64,000 bases of DNA from an uncultured Verrucomicrobiae bacterium (GTDB lineage Bacteria > Verrucomicrobiota > Verrucomicrobiia > Chthoniobacterales > Chthoniobacteraceae), in assembly GCA_963828525.1 (NCBI GenBank), contig CAWHEP010000009.1:64001-128000 (forward strand), given 5' to 3'. Each line of letters opens with the position of its first letter. Position 1 is the stretch's first letter. The position numbers were made by a program, and so were the translations under genes. Below, piece after piece: positions 38,993 through 47,363 of this stretch. The notes under the pieces were generated by a model, which was not told the origin of the DNA, did no database searches, and saw only the letters and a program-made list of their open reading frames with translations.

Positions 38993-39784
38993 ATGAAGCT
39001 CACCTTTTGCGCTCCGCTGTTTTTGCTTCTACTCGCCACCACAGCGCTCGCCTCGGAGCTGGATCAGAGACTCGCGGCGGCTCAGCTCCTTGAAACCGCC
39101 GCTCTGGTCCACCCCGCTCCCGCTGACACCTCCAAATTTGCGCAGGTTTCGGCTGCGTATCAGAAGCTCGTGGCGGAGTATCCCTCCGAGTCCCGCGCTC
39201 ATGCCGCGCGAGCCGAATGGCTGTGGTCGATCAACGAAAAAGCAAACTCCCTCAGCGAATGGCAGGCTGCGGAAAAGCTGGACCCGCGCAGCGCGCGTGT
39301 CGCGGACGCCTTGGGCGAATGCGCCCTTGCGCAAGGGGACTGGAACGCGGCCTCCGCCTGGTTCCAAAAATCCGTTTCCCTGGAGCCAGCGAACTCCGCC
39401 TTCCACTTCGACCTCGCAAACGTCTGGTTTCTCGGCCGCCATCAGATCGGACGCTCTACCGGCGCCGGTGATGGCGAAAAAAGCGCGCTCGCCGAGTTCA
39501 AACAAGCCACGACGCTGGCGCCATTTAACATCGAATACGCTCGCGCGTACGCAGAGACCTTCTACGGAATGGAAAACCCGGATTGGCGCGAGGCTTTGCA
39601 AGCGTGGAACCACTACCGGGAGATCGCCAACAGCGACAACTTCGCCTGCGTGAACATCGCGCGAATCGACATCAAACTCGATCTCCCGGGAGACGCTCGG
39701 CGGGTTCTCGGGAACGTGCGAGGTAAAGACTTCGATCCCGTCAAAGCCCATCTGCTCACCGAAATCAAGGCCCTTGAGCATTAG
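38993..39784 (+). CDS. secreted TPR-repeat protein
   Basis: Signal peptide MKLTFCAPLFLLLLATTALA; TPR patterns (AEKLDPRSA, SVSLEPANSAFHFDLAN, ATTLAPFNIEY). Confidence 0.78.
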   Translation: MKLTFCAPLFLLLLATTALASELDQRLAAAQLLETAALVHPAPADTSKFAQVSAAYQKLVAEYPSESRAHAARAEWLWSINEKANSLSEWQAAEKLDPRSARVADALGECALAQGDWNAASAWFQKSVSLEPANSAFHFDLANVWFLGRHQIGRSTGAGDGEKSALAEFKQATTLAPFNIEYARAYAETFYGMENPDWREALQAWNHYREIANSDNFACVNIARIDIKLDLPGDARRVLGNVRGKDFDPVKAHLLTEIKALEH

Positions 39785-39839
39785 AATAACTTATCGATCG
39801 CAACCATTACCAGTGTCCGAAAAAATCTCAACGCCGCCA

Positions 39840-39868
39840 TTGACTACCCAAACCAGACCCCGTAGGCT
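39840..39868 (+). promoter_or_regulatory. sigma-70 promoter of rpsU
   Basis: TTGACT-N17-TAGGCT; AAGGAG RBS just before ATG 39936. Confidence 0.68.
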
Positions 39869-39935
39869 TTTCCTCCGCACGTCGGATTTACAACAACTTT
39901 CAGGAAAACAAGATTTAGTAACGCCAAGGAGTCTC

Positions 39936-40139
39936 ATGCCAGAAGTAATTGTTCGGAAGGGTGAACCCATCGACAGAGCGCTTAAGCGCCTCAAGAATAA
40001 GCTCGATGCCGAAGGGATCATGGATGAGGTCCGCCGTCTCCGAGCCTTTGAGACCCCAAATCAGAAAGTCCGCCGCAAAGCCAAAGCCAACGCCAAGCGC
40101 GGCAAAATGAAGTTCCGCTTCAACGCTGGCGGCGGATAG
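39936..40139 (+). CDS. rpsU: 30S ribosomal protein S21
   Basis: MPEVIVRKGEPIDRALKRLK...EGIMDEVRRLRAFETP; strong RBS. Confidence 0.95.
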   Translation: MPEVIVRKGEPIDRALKRLKNKLDAEGIMDEVRRLRAFETPNQKVRRKAKANAKRGKMKFRFNAGGG

Positions 40140-40231
40140 TCCGCAAGGAGCCTCGCAAGGGGCAAAATTTGTGGGGCATCAGGGCAAAAACCCCCTGGGT
40201 GGGTAGGAGGGCGCGCCTCAGAGAGGCATCC

Positions 40232-42061
40232 TCACTTCACCAGCAGCAGCCCCGAACAGGAGCTGATCTGCGCTGGGTGACCGGAGCGCGTGGAGAAGTT
40301 CAGAACTGTGAAAACAAGGCGGCAGCCTTTGCCGTCGTAGGTGTCATCAATCGTCATTTGCTCCACTGGGACAGCGCCGCCCCCTTGTCTTTTCGTCAGT
40401 CCTTCGAGGAGTGCCTCGGTCGGAACCTGGTGGGTCACTGTGTCACTAGCTCTGGAAAGTTCCAGTTTCCCACCGTGTAGGCCGATGCGAGGTTGACGGC
40501 CATCGGTTTTGCCCTGCCATGAATTTTCGTAAAGGTTTTCGACAATGAACGCGTGGCTGAACCCTTCAAACGTGAGACCATCGCCTTGGTTCAGCGTGAA
40601 ATGGTACACTGCGCTCCCGCCGTCGTCGGGAGGACCCTCCACCCCCAGGTTCCGCAGAATTTCCCCCGGCGCATTCCATCGCGTTAGCCGGGCCGCCTCA
40701 GCCGGGCGTTGCATGTCGCCAAAGATTCGTCGAACTTCCTGCTCGCCGTGCATCCCCGCGATGTAACCGATCTCCGAGCTTATCTCCTCACGCTCTTTGT
40801 CAGGGAGCAAGAGAGTCTTCTCCGCCGGGCGAACTTTGCCCGCGACCAGCAAGCCGCGCGCCTCCAGCGCCCGCGTCAAGCGCCTGGTCTGGCTGCGCAG
40901 AGAGATTGCGCCCGCGCTCAGCGGTCCGTATGCCGCCAGCGCGCAGATTACGGCCAGCGAGGCGGGCACCCATCGGATTCCGGCGCTCCTCCTGAAGATC
41001 GAAGCAAGCGCCCAAACCATTATCCAGCCACCCGCCACAATCCCTAGATGCCGCTCCTCCGTCACCCCGTAGGCGACGATTCGTTCCCGTACAGACAGCA
41101 GGAGCAACAGGGAAAGAGGCGCCAGCGCTCGTGGGAAATTCCGGCAATACCACCGCGCCCATTTCTCCTCCCCGCGCGACCGCAACGGAAACAGAAGCAG
41201 GGCTGAAAGGATGCCTACCCCGGACAGTATCAACACTGGGAGCGCCACCCATCCGTGAGGCCACGTTTTCGCCAGCGCGATCTTTAACGCGTACGCGTAG
41301 AGGATCGCCGTATAAACGGCCACCAAGGGAGCGAGCGCAAATTGCGTAAATGCCTTCAGTCCCCGCGGATGCTCCTCGTCCGCCTCCAGCGCCGCGAAGT
41401 CGCGCGGCGCTCCCGCCAGAAAGAACAGGGGATGGAAACAGCCCGCCATGATGAAATACAAGTACCCGTAGCTCTTCTCCAACTTGAGTTCGAAGAGCTT
41501 GTCCGCGCTCAACAGAGCCAATTCCAGGCCGACGGTCAGTACCCAGGCGTAAAGAGTCGCAAGAGAGAACCGCAGAAAGATCTTCCGATTGAATTGCCAG
41601 AACCCATTTCCCGCTCTCCCGGCCACATAGGGTGACACAGCCGCGAAGAAATGCAGCGCCGCCAGCAGCAAGGCCCAATGGATACCCACGATCTCGGGGC
41701 CTTCAAAAGGGCGCTTTGGAAGCGTGAAGAACCAGGGGACGAGCAACGCCAGACCCGCGACCTCCACCGGCCACCGTGTCAAGCTTGCCGCCTGTTCGCG
41801 GACCATCCTCAACGAAAAGAAAAGCGGCATCCCGAGTGCCGCCGTCATCCCGATCCGCTCCCAGAGTCCGCTCAGATCTGCATGATTACCCTCCAGCTTC
41901 GTAACCATGATGGCAGCCGTTGTCCCAAGGAACCCGCACAGCAGCATCCACGGAAACCGCCCGAATGCCGAACCCAGACCGGCGCGGATCTTCAACCCAA
42001 GCCCTGCAAAACGGGAAGGAATAGTCAGGCCTTCAGGCAACTGCGATTCCGTCCGAAACAC
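40232..42061 (-). CDS. DUF4153 family polytopic membrane protein
   Basis: RFP N-terminus, LALLSADKLF, YTAILYAYALKI...WPHG, RIVAYGVTEER, SLRSQTRRL. Confidence 0.75.
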   Translation of the reverse strand: MFRTESQLPEGLTIPSRFAGLGLKIRAGLGSAFGRFPWMLLCGFLGTTAAIMVTKLEGNHADLSGLWERIGMTAALGMPLFFSLRMVREQAASLTRWPVEVAGLALLVPWFFTLPKRPFEGPEIVGIHWALLLAALHFFAAVSPYVAGRAGNGFWQFNRKIFLRFSLATLYAWVLTVGLELALLSADKLFELKLEKSYGYLYFIMAGCFHPLFFLAGAPRDFAALEADEEHPRGLKAFTQFALAPLVAVYTAILYAYALKIALAKTWPHGWVALPVLILSGVGILSALLLFPLRSRGEEKWARWYCRNFPRALAPLSLLLLLSVRERIVAYGVTEERHLGIVAGGWIMVWALASIFRRSAGIRWVPASLAVICALAAYGPLSAGAISLRSQTRRLTRALEARGLLVAGKVRPAEKTLLLPDKEREEISSEIGYIAGMHGEQEVRRIFGDMQRPAEAARLTRWNAPGEILRNLGVEGPPDDGGSAVYHFTLNQGDGLTFEGFSHAFIVENLYENSWQGKTDGRQPRIGLHGGKLELSRASDTVTHQVPTEALLEGLTKRQGGGAVPVEQMTIDDTYDGKGCRLVFTVLNFSTRSGHPAQISSCSGLLLVK

Positions 42062-42079
42062 AAGACCAAAGCGAAATAC

Positions 42080-43306
42080 TCAGCCGAGGATGGCAAGGAG
42101 TTCGCTGGTGAAACTCCGCGCAATCTCGCGCGCGTCATTATCGCTAAAGGCGGCTCGTCTGTAGGTAAGCCCCAAAGCTACCCGCCCGTTGAGCGTCGTC
42201 GGTGTGAAGATAAGCGGCACCGGCCCCGTCGGAGACACCCGGACGTAATCACGCGGACCGCCTTTACTGCCGCTCACCTGCTGCTCGATCCAGGAACCCG
42301 TCAGATTCACATTCGAAATGCCAGCAAGTGTCGCCAGAGCCTTGTGCATGAGAAGCTCCTTCCTCCCTGGCCAATGATCCCAGACTCGGCGCGCCAAGCC
42401 GAGCCCCGAAAAGGCGCGCGATGCCGCTGAGAGTGTCTTGGCCCGCGCCGTCCGCGTCGAAATTTCACGTGCCAGTGTTTCCATCGAGCGTTCGGGCGAA
42501 GGCACTGCCACGCTGAAATAACTCAGGAAGCATCCCCCCTCGCCGCGCGCGGTTTCGTCAAGGAACCGCCGCATGTCGATCGCGACCGCCATCCCGATCT
42601 CATCGCGAGTCGCAGCGCGCCGCGCGGCGGCCGTCCTCTCCCCCAAAACCCGCGCAATCACCGCGAGAAAGATATCATTGACCGTCACGTCCCATCCCTT
42701 CGCGCGGGCATGCAGCCCCACGGCGTCCACTCCGACATCAGCCGCGCGAAGAAACCCGCAATGGACGTTAGCCGGGTTGTTAAGCCAGACTCGGAAAGCG
42801 CGCCGGTTTGCCATCAGCAACCGCGCGCACTCCACCGCGCCAAGGAACCAGCGATGCGAAAAGGCTGACCGCGGATTCCGGAACCGCAGTGGAGGCAGAG
42901 CGGCCCCGTCGGGGTGGATGAACCGCAGCAAACAACGCCGCATCCATTGCCGGATGCTGTATCCATCCACCAACCAGTGGTCGAACATGGTCCCGAACCA
43001 GTGCGAGCCATCCAGAGCGTCCAGCAGGAAGAATCGAAGCGGCGGAGCGGTTGATTCGAAAGGGAGATTAAGCTGGTCGCTAATCGCTCCCTCCAGATCG
43101 CCGTTGTATATTTCCATCGGCAGGATCACCGGCGGCTCGCAGGGAAACCCGAAATCCGTCTCGCTCCATACCGCGCGAAGCGCGTCGTTCCACCGCGCCA
43201 CATCCAGCGGGCAGGAGACCCTCATCGCGTCGCCCGCGTTATAGGCCCCCATCTTTGCCCAGCTTTTCATCAAGCGCTGGAACTCGTTCAAGCGAAGAAG
43301 ACTCAT
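42080..43306 (-). CDS. stand-alone condensation-domain / CoA-dependent acyltransferase-fold protein
   Basis: LNEFQ...YNA start, LNLPFE...PLRFFLL, FDHWLVDG (HxxxDG), VTVNDIFLA, AIDMRRFL, ISNVN, LTYR. Confidence 0.75.
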   Translation of the reverse strand: MSLLRLNEFQRLMKSWAKMGAYNAGDAMRVSCPLDVARWNDALRAVWSETDFGFPCEPPVILPMEIYNGDLEGAISDQLNLPFESTAPPLRFFLLDALDGSHWFGTMFDHWLVDGYSIRQWMRRCLLRFIHPDGAALPPLRFRNPRSAFSHRWFLGAVECARLLMANRRAFRVWLNNPANVHCGFLRAADVGVDAVGLHARAKGWDVTVNDIFLAVIARVLGERTAAARRAATRDEIGMAVAIDMRRFLDETARGEGGCFLSYFSVAVPSPERSMETLAREISTRTARAKTLSAASRAFSGLGLARRVWDHWPGRKELLMHKALATLAGISNVNLTGSWIEQQVSGSKGGPRDYVRVSPTGPVPLIFTPTTLNGRVALGLTYRRAAFSDNDAREIARSFTSELLAILG

Positions 43307-44424
43307 GCGCCTTTTCTCACCTGCTCATACAGCGCCAGGAATTCGCTCGTCTGCCGATCAAAGGAATGTCCAAGCGCCAACTGCCGCGCCGTCGCCCCCA
43401 TGCGTCCCCGTAGATCACCGTCCAGCAACTGCCGCATCCGCTCCGTGAGTTCTTCCACATTGTCAGGGGCGCTCAATACAAAACCATCCTGTCCATCCGC
43501 CATCAGCTCCGAAGCGCCATTGAAGCGGCTGGTGATAACCGGGATGCCGATCGCCTGCGCCTCCAGGGTTACCAGACTGCATGGGTCATACCACGTCGGA
43601 TGCGCGAACACATCCGCCGCCGCGTAAAGAGAAATCGGATCTTCCACGACGCCCGGAAACTGGATTTCCCGCGCGCATCCCAGGCTCGCGGCGAGCTTCC
43701 GGAACCGCTCTGTTCTACCCGCGCCGGCAATGACAGCGCGAACCTTATAGCCGGCCTTGGAAAGCCGCCCGACTGCTCGTATGAAGGTGTCCGCGTTCTT
43801 CAGCAGGAGATTGTGCGCCAGCATCAGGAACAGAGTCTCATCCCGCAGGCCTAGCCGCTCCCGCGCCTCCTTCCGGCGCTCCGCGCGCGCGCCGGGCGAA
43901 AACCGCGCCGTATCGGCCCCGTTATAGATGAGGCGCATCCTGCTCGCGGGCAGCTGATGGTATTCCTCGAAATGACGCCGCGCCATGTTTGACACGGCGA
44001 CGATGAGCATCCCCGGTTGCGCGTGCTGCCGTTTCTCCAGTTCCGCCATTTCGCGATAACGCTTCTCGCGCCAGAAGCGAATCTGCCTCCACTTCGGGAT
44101 GCGCATCAGGTTGTGCTCCCACAGCGCAACCGTCGATCCTCCATGGGGATGCAGGATGTCCGCCCGCCAGCCAGCGCCCATGTCATGTACGACGTCGAAA
44201 CTTTGCGTCCGGAGATACTCCTCAAACGCGGCAGCGCGGCCCAACCGAGAACGCGGCTTGTCGAGACGGTGAAGCATGATTCCCCTCTCCGCCCCCGATG
44301 CCTCAAACGCGACCACATGCGGCTCATGACCTCGAGCAACCAATTGCCTCGCGAACTGCCATGTCCAATGTTCCAATCCCCCTTTGCGGGGATCGAACTT
44401 CTCGAGGACCAGCGCGACTCTCAA
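43303..44424 (-). CDS. GT4 glycosyltransferase (WaaG/RfaG-like)
   Basis: RVALVLEKFDPRKGGLE, IYNGADTARF, YAAADVFAHPTWYDPCSLVTLEA..GIPVITS; likely TTG start at 44424. Confidence 0.9.
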   Translation of the reverse strand: MRVALVLEKFDPRKGGLEHWTWQFARQLVARGHEPHVVAFEASGAERGIMLHRLDKPRSRLGRAAAFEEYLRTQSFDVVHDMGAGWRADILHPHGGSTVALWEHNLMRIPKWRQIRFWREKRYREMAELEKRQHAQPGMLIVAVSNMARRHFEEYHQLPASRMRLIYNGADTARFSPGARAERRKEARERLGLRDETLFLMLAHNLLLKNADTFIRAVGRLSKAGYKVRAVIAGAGRTERFRKLAASLGCAREIQFPGVVEDPISLYAAADVFAHPTWYDPCSLVTLEAQAIGIPVITSRFNGASELMADGQDGFVLSAPDNVEELTERMRQLLDGDLRGRMGATARQLALGHSFDRQTSEFLALYEQVRKGA

Positions 44425-44449
44425 TTTCCTGGGATTCTCCGCGGCAAAC

Positions 44450-45877
44450 TCATTTCGCCTTACCCCATAGAACAAGCTGAACAGCCTTGCCAGTCGGCAG
44501 ATTAAAACCATTCGCCGTTGCGACTGTCCACGCCGGATCGCAGACGGTCTGGCGGGCGATCTTCTCCGGCATCACGCAGCATCTCGGCCCCGGTTGTTTC
44601 ATGAACGCGACAATCTCGTCCGGGCCGAGCCTTTGCACCCACCGCCGTGTCCACGCGCGAAAATACCACACGAGGCTCGGTTCGTCGAAGTCCACCGCTG
44701 CCACTTCCATTTGCGGCGTCGCAAACGGAGCGCAGGCCGCCGCGATGCGCGAAACGGGCAGAAGATGCCCGTACGTCGGCGCCAGGATGAAACAGCAGGC
44801 GAGCACCACAGCGCACATGCCGCCCGCCAGCAAGAAAGGCGTCCGGCCGCGCCGAAGCTGACCCGCGCACAGGATCGCCAGCAATGGCACCGCGGGCAGC
44901 GTGTAGTGGGGAAGCTTTGTGCCCAGCGGCGTGAACACGGCAAACGTCAGTATTATGCCGCCAAGGAGGTAACGCTCGGCCATCCCCCGGTTTTCCTTGC
45001 TCCAGAAGCGCGCAATCAACGCCGGGAGATAGATCGACCAGGGGAAGAAGCTGCCAAAGATCGTCACAAAGTAGAAAGGAAGCAGGACGAAATACGACAC
45101 CAGGCCCCGCGCGCCGTGCCCTTCCAATGCGGTGAATGAGCGCGCCACAACGTGTTTGCCGATGCCGACGCGAAAGAACTCCCCGCGCGTTTCCATCAGC
45201 GCGGGGATTCCCCAGAGCGCGATGATCGCGATCATCATCGGCAAACCCAGGTGAAACTTCATTAAGCGATTCTTGCCGGCATTGCCTGGGTACAGCAACA
45301 CAGTCCCAATCGGCAGCAATGCCACCGGGCCTTTCGCCAGAAAACCAAACGCGAGCGCCACGTAGAACACAAGCCACCAGCCGGCTCGCCTGGCTTGCCC
45401 TTCGCGCAACTCCCACCCTGCCCAGGAAGCCAGCGCCACAAAGAAGACCATGCACAGATCGGCGACCGCCATCCGGGCATGGATCAACACATCCGCTGAA
45501 AGCGTAAAAATAATGGCCGCCCACAACCCCGCGCGACGGTCATAAAGTCGCGAACCAAAGCCAAAGACCACCAAGGCCGTCAGAGTCGCCGCGATGGCGG
45601 AAGGGAGCCTCGCCGCAAATTCATTTTCGCCAAAAACCGAGTAGCAAACCGTCTGTGCCCAGTAAACGAGCGGCGGCTTATCCAGCCGCATCTCATGATT
45701 AAAGTAAGGGACGACATAATCGCCCCTTTCTCTCATCTCCCTCGAGGCCTCAGCAAACCGAGGTTCATCCCGATCCATCAGCGAGAGATTCCACGATCCC
45801 ACCGTGTGCATAGCCAGGCAGAACACGGCAAGTAAAAGCGGGGTGAACCTGTGTTCGGCTAACCTTGAACTGTTCAT
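44450..45877 (-). CDS. ArnT-like (GT83/GT39) polyprenol-phosphate-sugar transferase
   Basis: DRDEPRFAEASREM, DKPPLVYW, FAARLPSA, LAKGPVA, FFPWS, KLPHYTLP. Confidence 0.9.
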   Translation of the reverse strand: MNSSRLAEHRFTPLLLAVFCLAMHTVGSWNLSLMDRDEPRFAEASREMRERGDYVVPYFNHEMRLDKPPLVYWAQTVCYSVFGENEFAARLPSAIAATLTALVVFGFGSRLYDRRAGLWAAIIFTLSADVLIHARMAVADLCMVFFVALASWAGWELREGQARRAGWWLVFYVALAFGFLAKGPVALLPIGTVLLYPGNAGKNRLMKFHLGLPMMIAIIALWGIPALMETRGEFFRVGIGKHVVARSFTALEGHGARGLVSYFVLLPFYFVTIFGSFFPWSIYLPALIARFWSKENRGMAERYLLGGIILTFAVFTPLGTKLPHYTLPAVPLLAILCAGQLRRGRTPFLLAGGMCAVVLACCFILAPTYGHLLPVSRIAAACAPFATPQMEVAAVDFDEPSLVWYFRAWTRRWVQRLGPDEIVAFMKQPGPRCCVMPEKIARQTVCDPAWTVATANGFNLPTGKAVQLVLWGKAK

Positions 45878-46049
45878 TTCACTGGACTGAGTGTTTATCC
45901 TATTTGCCTCGCTTAACTCTGCCTTCCCGGCTTAGCGTAAATTCGATGAGAATCGAGCCATCATCTCTCAAATCGCCGGAAATGGTGAAGGAGTCACGGA
46001 TTGAGCGCGTCTCAACCTGCAGCCGCGCTTTCTCTCGCGATATCACGTC

Positions 46050-47270
46050 GTGCCTTCTGGTCTGATCCAGGCGCCTGCGGGCAATCTCTCGCCGGATAAG
46101 CCGCACTCCCTGGAGCGAACGGCGCATCTGCTCTGGAGGATTCTCATTGGCGTTATCATCGCGCGCGGTCTGATATGGCCGCATAGAAATAACTGCTTCC
46201 TCGAGCACTACAGGCCAGCCGGACTGAACTGGCTTTGGAGTCGCGACCTCTACGAAGCCACCGCGGATACGTGCAGGTACAGCCCTCTCATACATGCGCT
46301 TCTCGTTCCGTTTAGCGCCCTGCCCGAGCGGATCGGGTCAACTTTGTGGCGACTGGCAGAATGTTTTTCCGTTTATTGGGCTCTCCTTTGGTGGTTGCGG
46401 ACACTCTGTCCTCCCTTCTCAAGCGCCAGAACGCGCGGATTGATTTTGCTGGCAGCTTTGCCGATCGCAATAGGCAGCCTGAACAACGGGCAATCGAATG
46501 GCTTCATGATCGCGGGCATGCTGTGGGGTGTCGCCGCGGCAAGCGAAGAGCGCTGGCTCCTCGCCGCCTTCTCGGTCGCGTTTGCGACGTCTTTTAAAAT
46601 CTATCCGGTCGCTTTGGCGCTGCTGCTCATGCTCCACGCTCCCCGGGCCTTTACTCCCCGCTTTCTGCTGGCAATCGTTGTGTGCGCCGTTCTGCCATTC
46701 TTCTTTCAAAGTCCCTCCTATGTCACCCATCAGTATGCTCGCTGGTTTCAGAATTTGAACGTGGATGACCGCTCGGCCTGGCCTCTAAGCGAATCGTATC
46801 GGGACGCATGGCTGCTCACGAGGCGCTATGGACCGGCAATGAGCCATCTTGCGTACCAATGGTTGCAACTCGCGGCCGCGCTGGTCATCGCCATTGCCTG
46901 CTTCGCGATCCGCGCCAATCGCCGGGAAAATTCGCTCAACATCACCTTGGGCCTCGCCGTTTGCTGGATGACGGCGTTTGGCCCAGCCACCGAATCGCCT
47001 ACTTACATCCTGCTTGCCCCTACTTTGGGATGGTTGCTGGCCTCCGCATGGGCGGGTCCATTGCCGCGCTGGACGCGCGTTCCCGCGACCCTCAGCGCCC
47101 TTCTTTTTTACACAACGGCCATCGCCACAGCCACACCGGCTGGCAGGACGGTCCTCATGCTCGGCACGCAACCAGTCGGCGCGCTGCTGATTCTCGGCAC
47201 TCTCCTGATTTTGAGCAGACGCGACTCGCGCGGCGATTCAACTTGCAATGCGCAGAATCCCATCGCCTAA
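46050..47270 (+). CDS. GT87 (DUF2029) family GT-C glycosyltransferase
   Basis: YSPL..LLVPFSALP, LNNGQSN, FKIYP, multiple TMs, ESPTY. Confidence 0.8.
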   Translation: MPSGLIQAPAGNLSPDKPHSLERTAHLLWRILIGVIIARGLIWPHRNNCFLEHYRPAGLNWLWSRDLYEATADTCRYSPLIHALLVPFSALPERIGSTLWRLAECFSVYWALLWWLRTLCPPFSSARTRGLILLAALPIAIGSLNNGQSNGFMIAGMLWGVAAASEERWLLAAFSVAFATSFKIYPVALALLLMLHAPRAFTPRFLLAIVVCAVLPFFFQSPSYVTHQYARWFQNLNVDDRSAWPLSESYRDAWLLTRRYGPAMSHLAYQWLQLAAALVIAIACFAIRANRRENSLNITLGLAVCWMTAFGPATESPTYILLAPTLGWLLASAWAGPLPRWTRVPATLSALLFYTTAIATATPAGRTVLMLGTQPVGALLILGTLLILSRRDSRGDSTCNAQNPIA

Positions 47271-47290
47271 AGGGGAATGGCGATAGGAGC

Positions 47291-47340
47291 AGAAGCAAAA
47301 ACGACGGCCCGCGCGGGCGGGCCGTCGCTTCTGTTGTTAT
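47291..47340. terminator. bidirectional intrinsic terminator
   Basis: Perfect 11-bp stem CGACGGCCCGC/GCGGGCCGTCG (47302-47327) with a 4-nt loop, an A5 run on the left and a T-rich tail on the right, between convergent genes. Confidence 0.8.
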
Positions 47341-47363
47341 AATCTGCCGGACTCTCCGACAAA

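Noticed and set aside
44421..44453. Possible frameshift at the GT4 start (the ATGA overlap with the ArnT-like stop opens only a 10-codon frame)
   Set aside because: An in-frame TTG at 44424 gives a normal MRVALV GT4 N-terminus, so no frameshift is needed.
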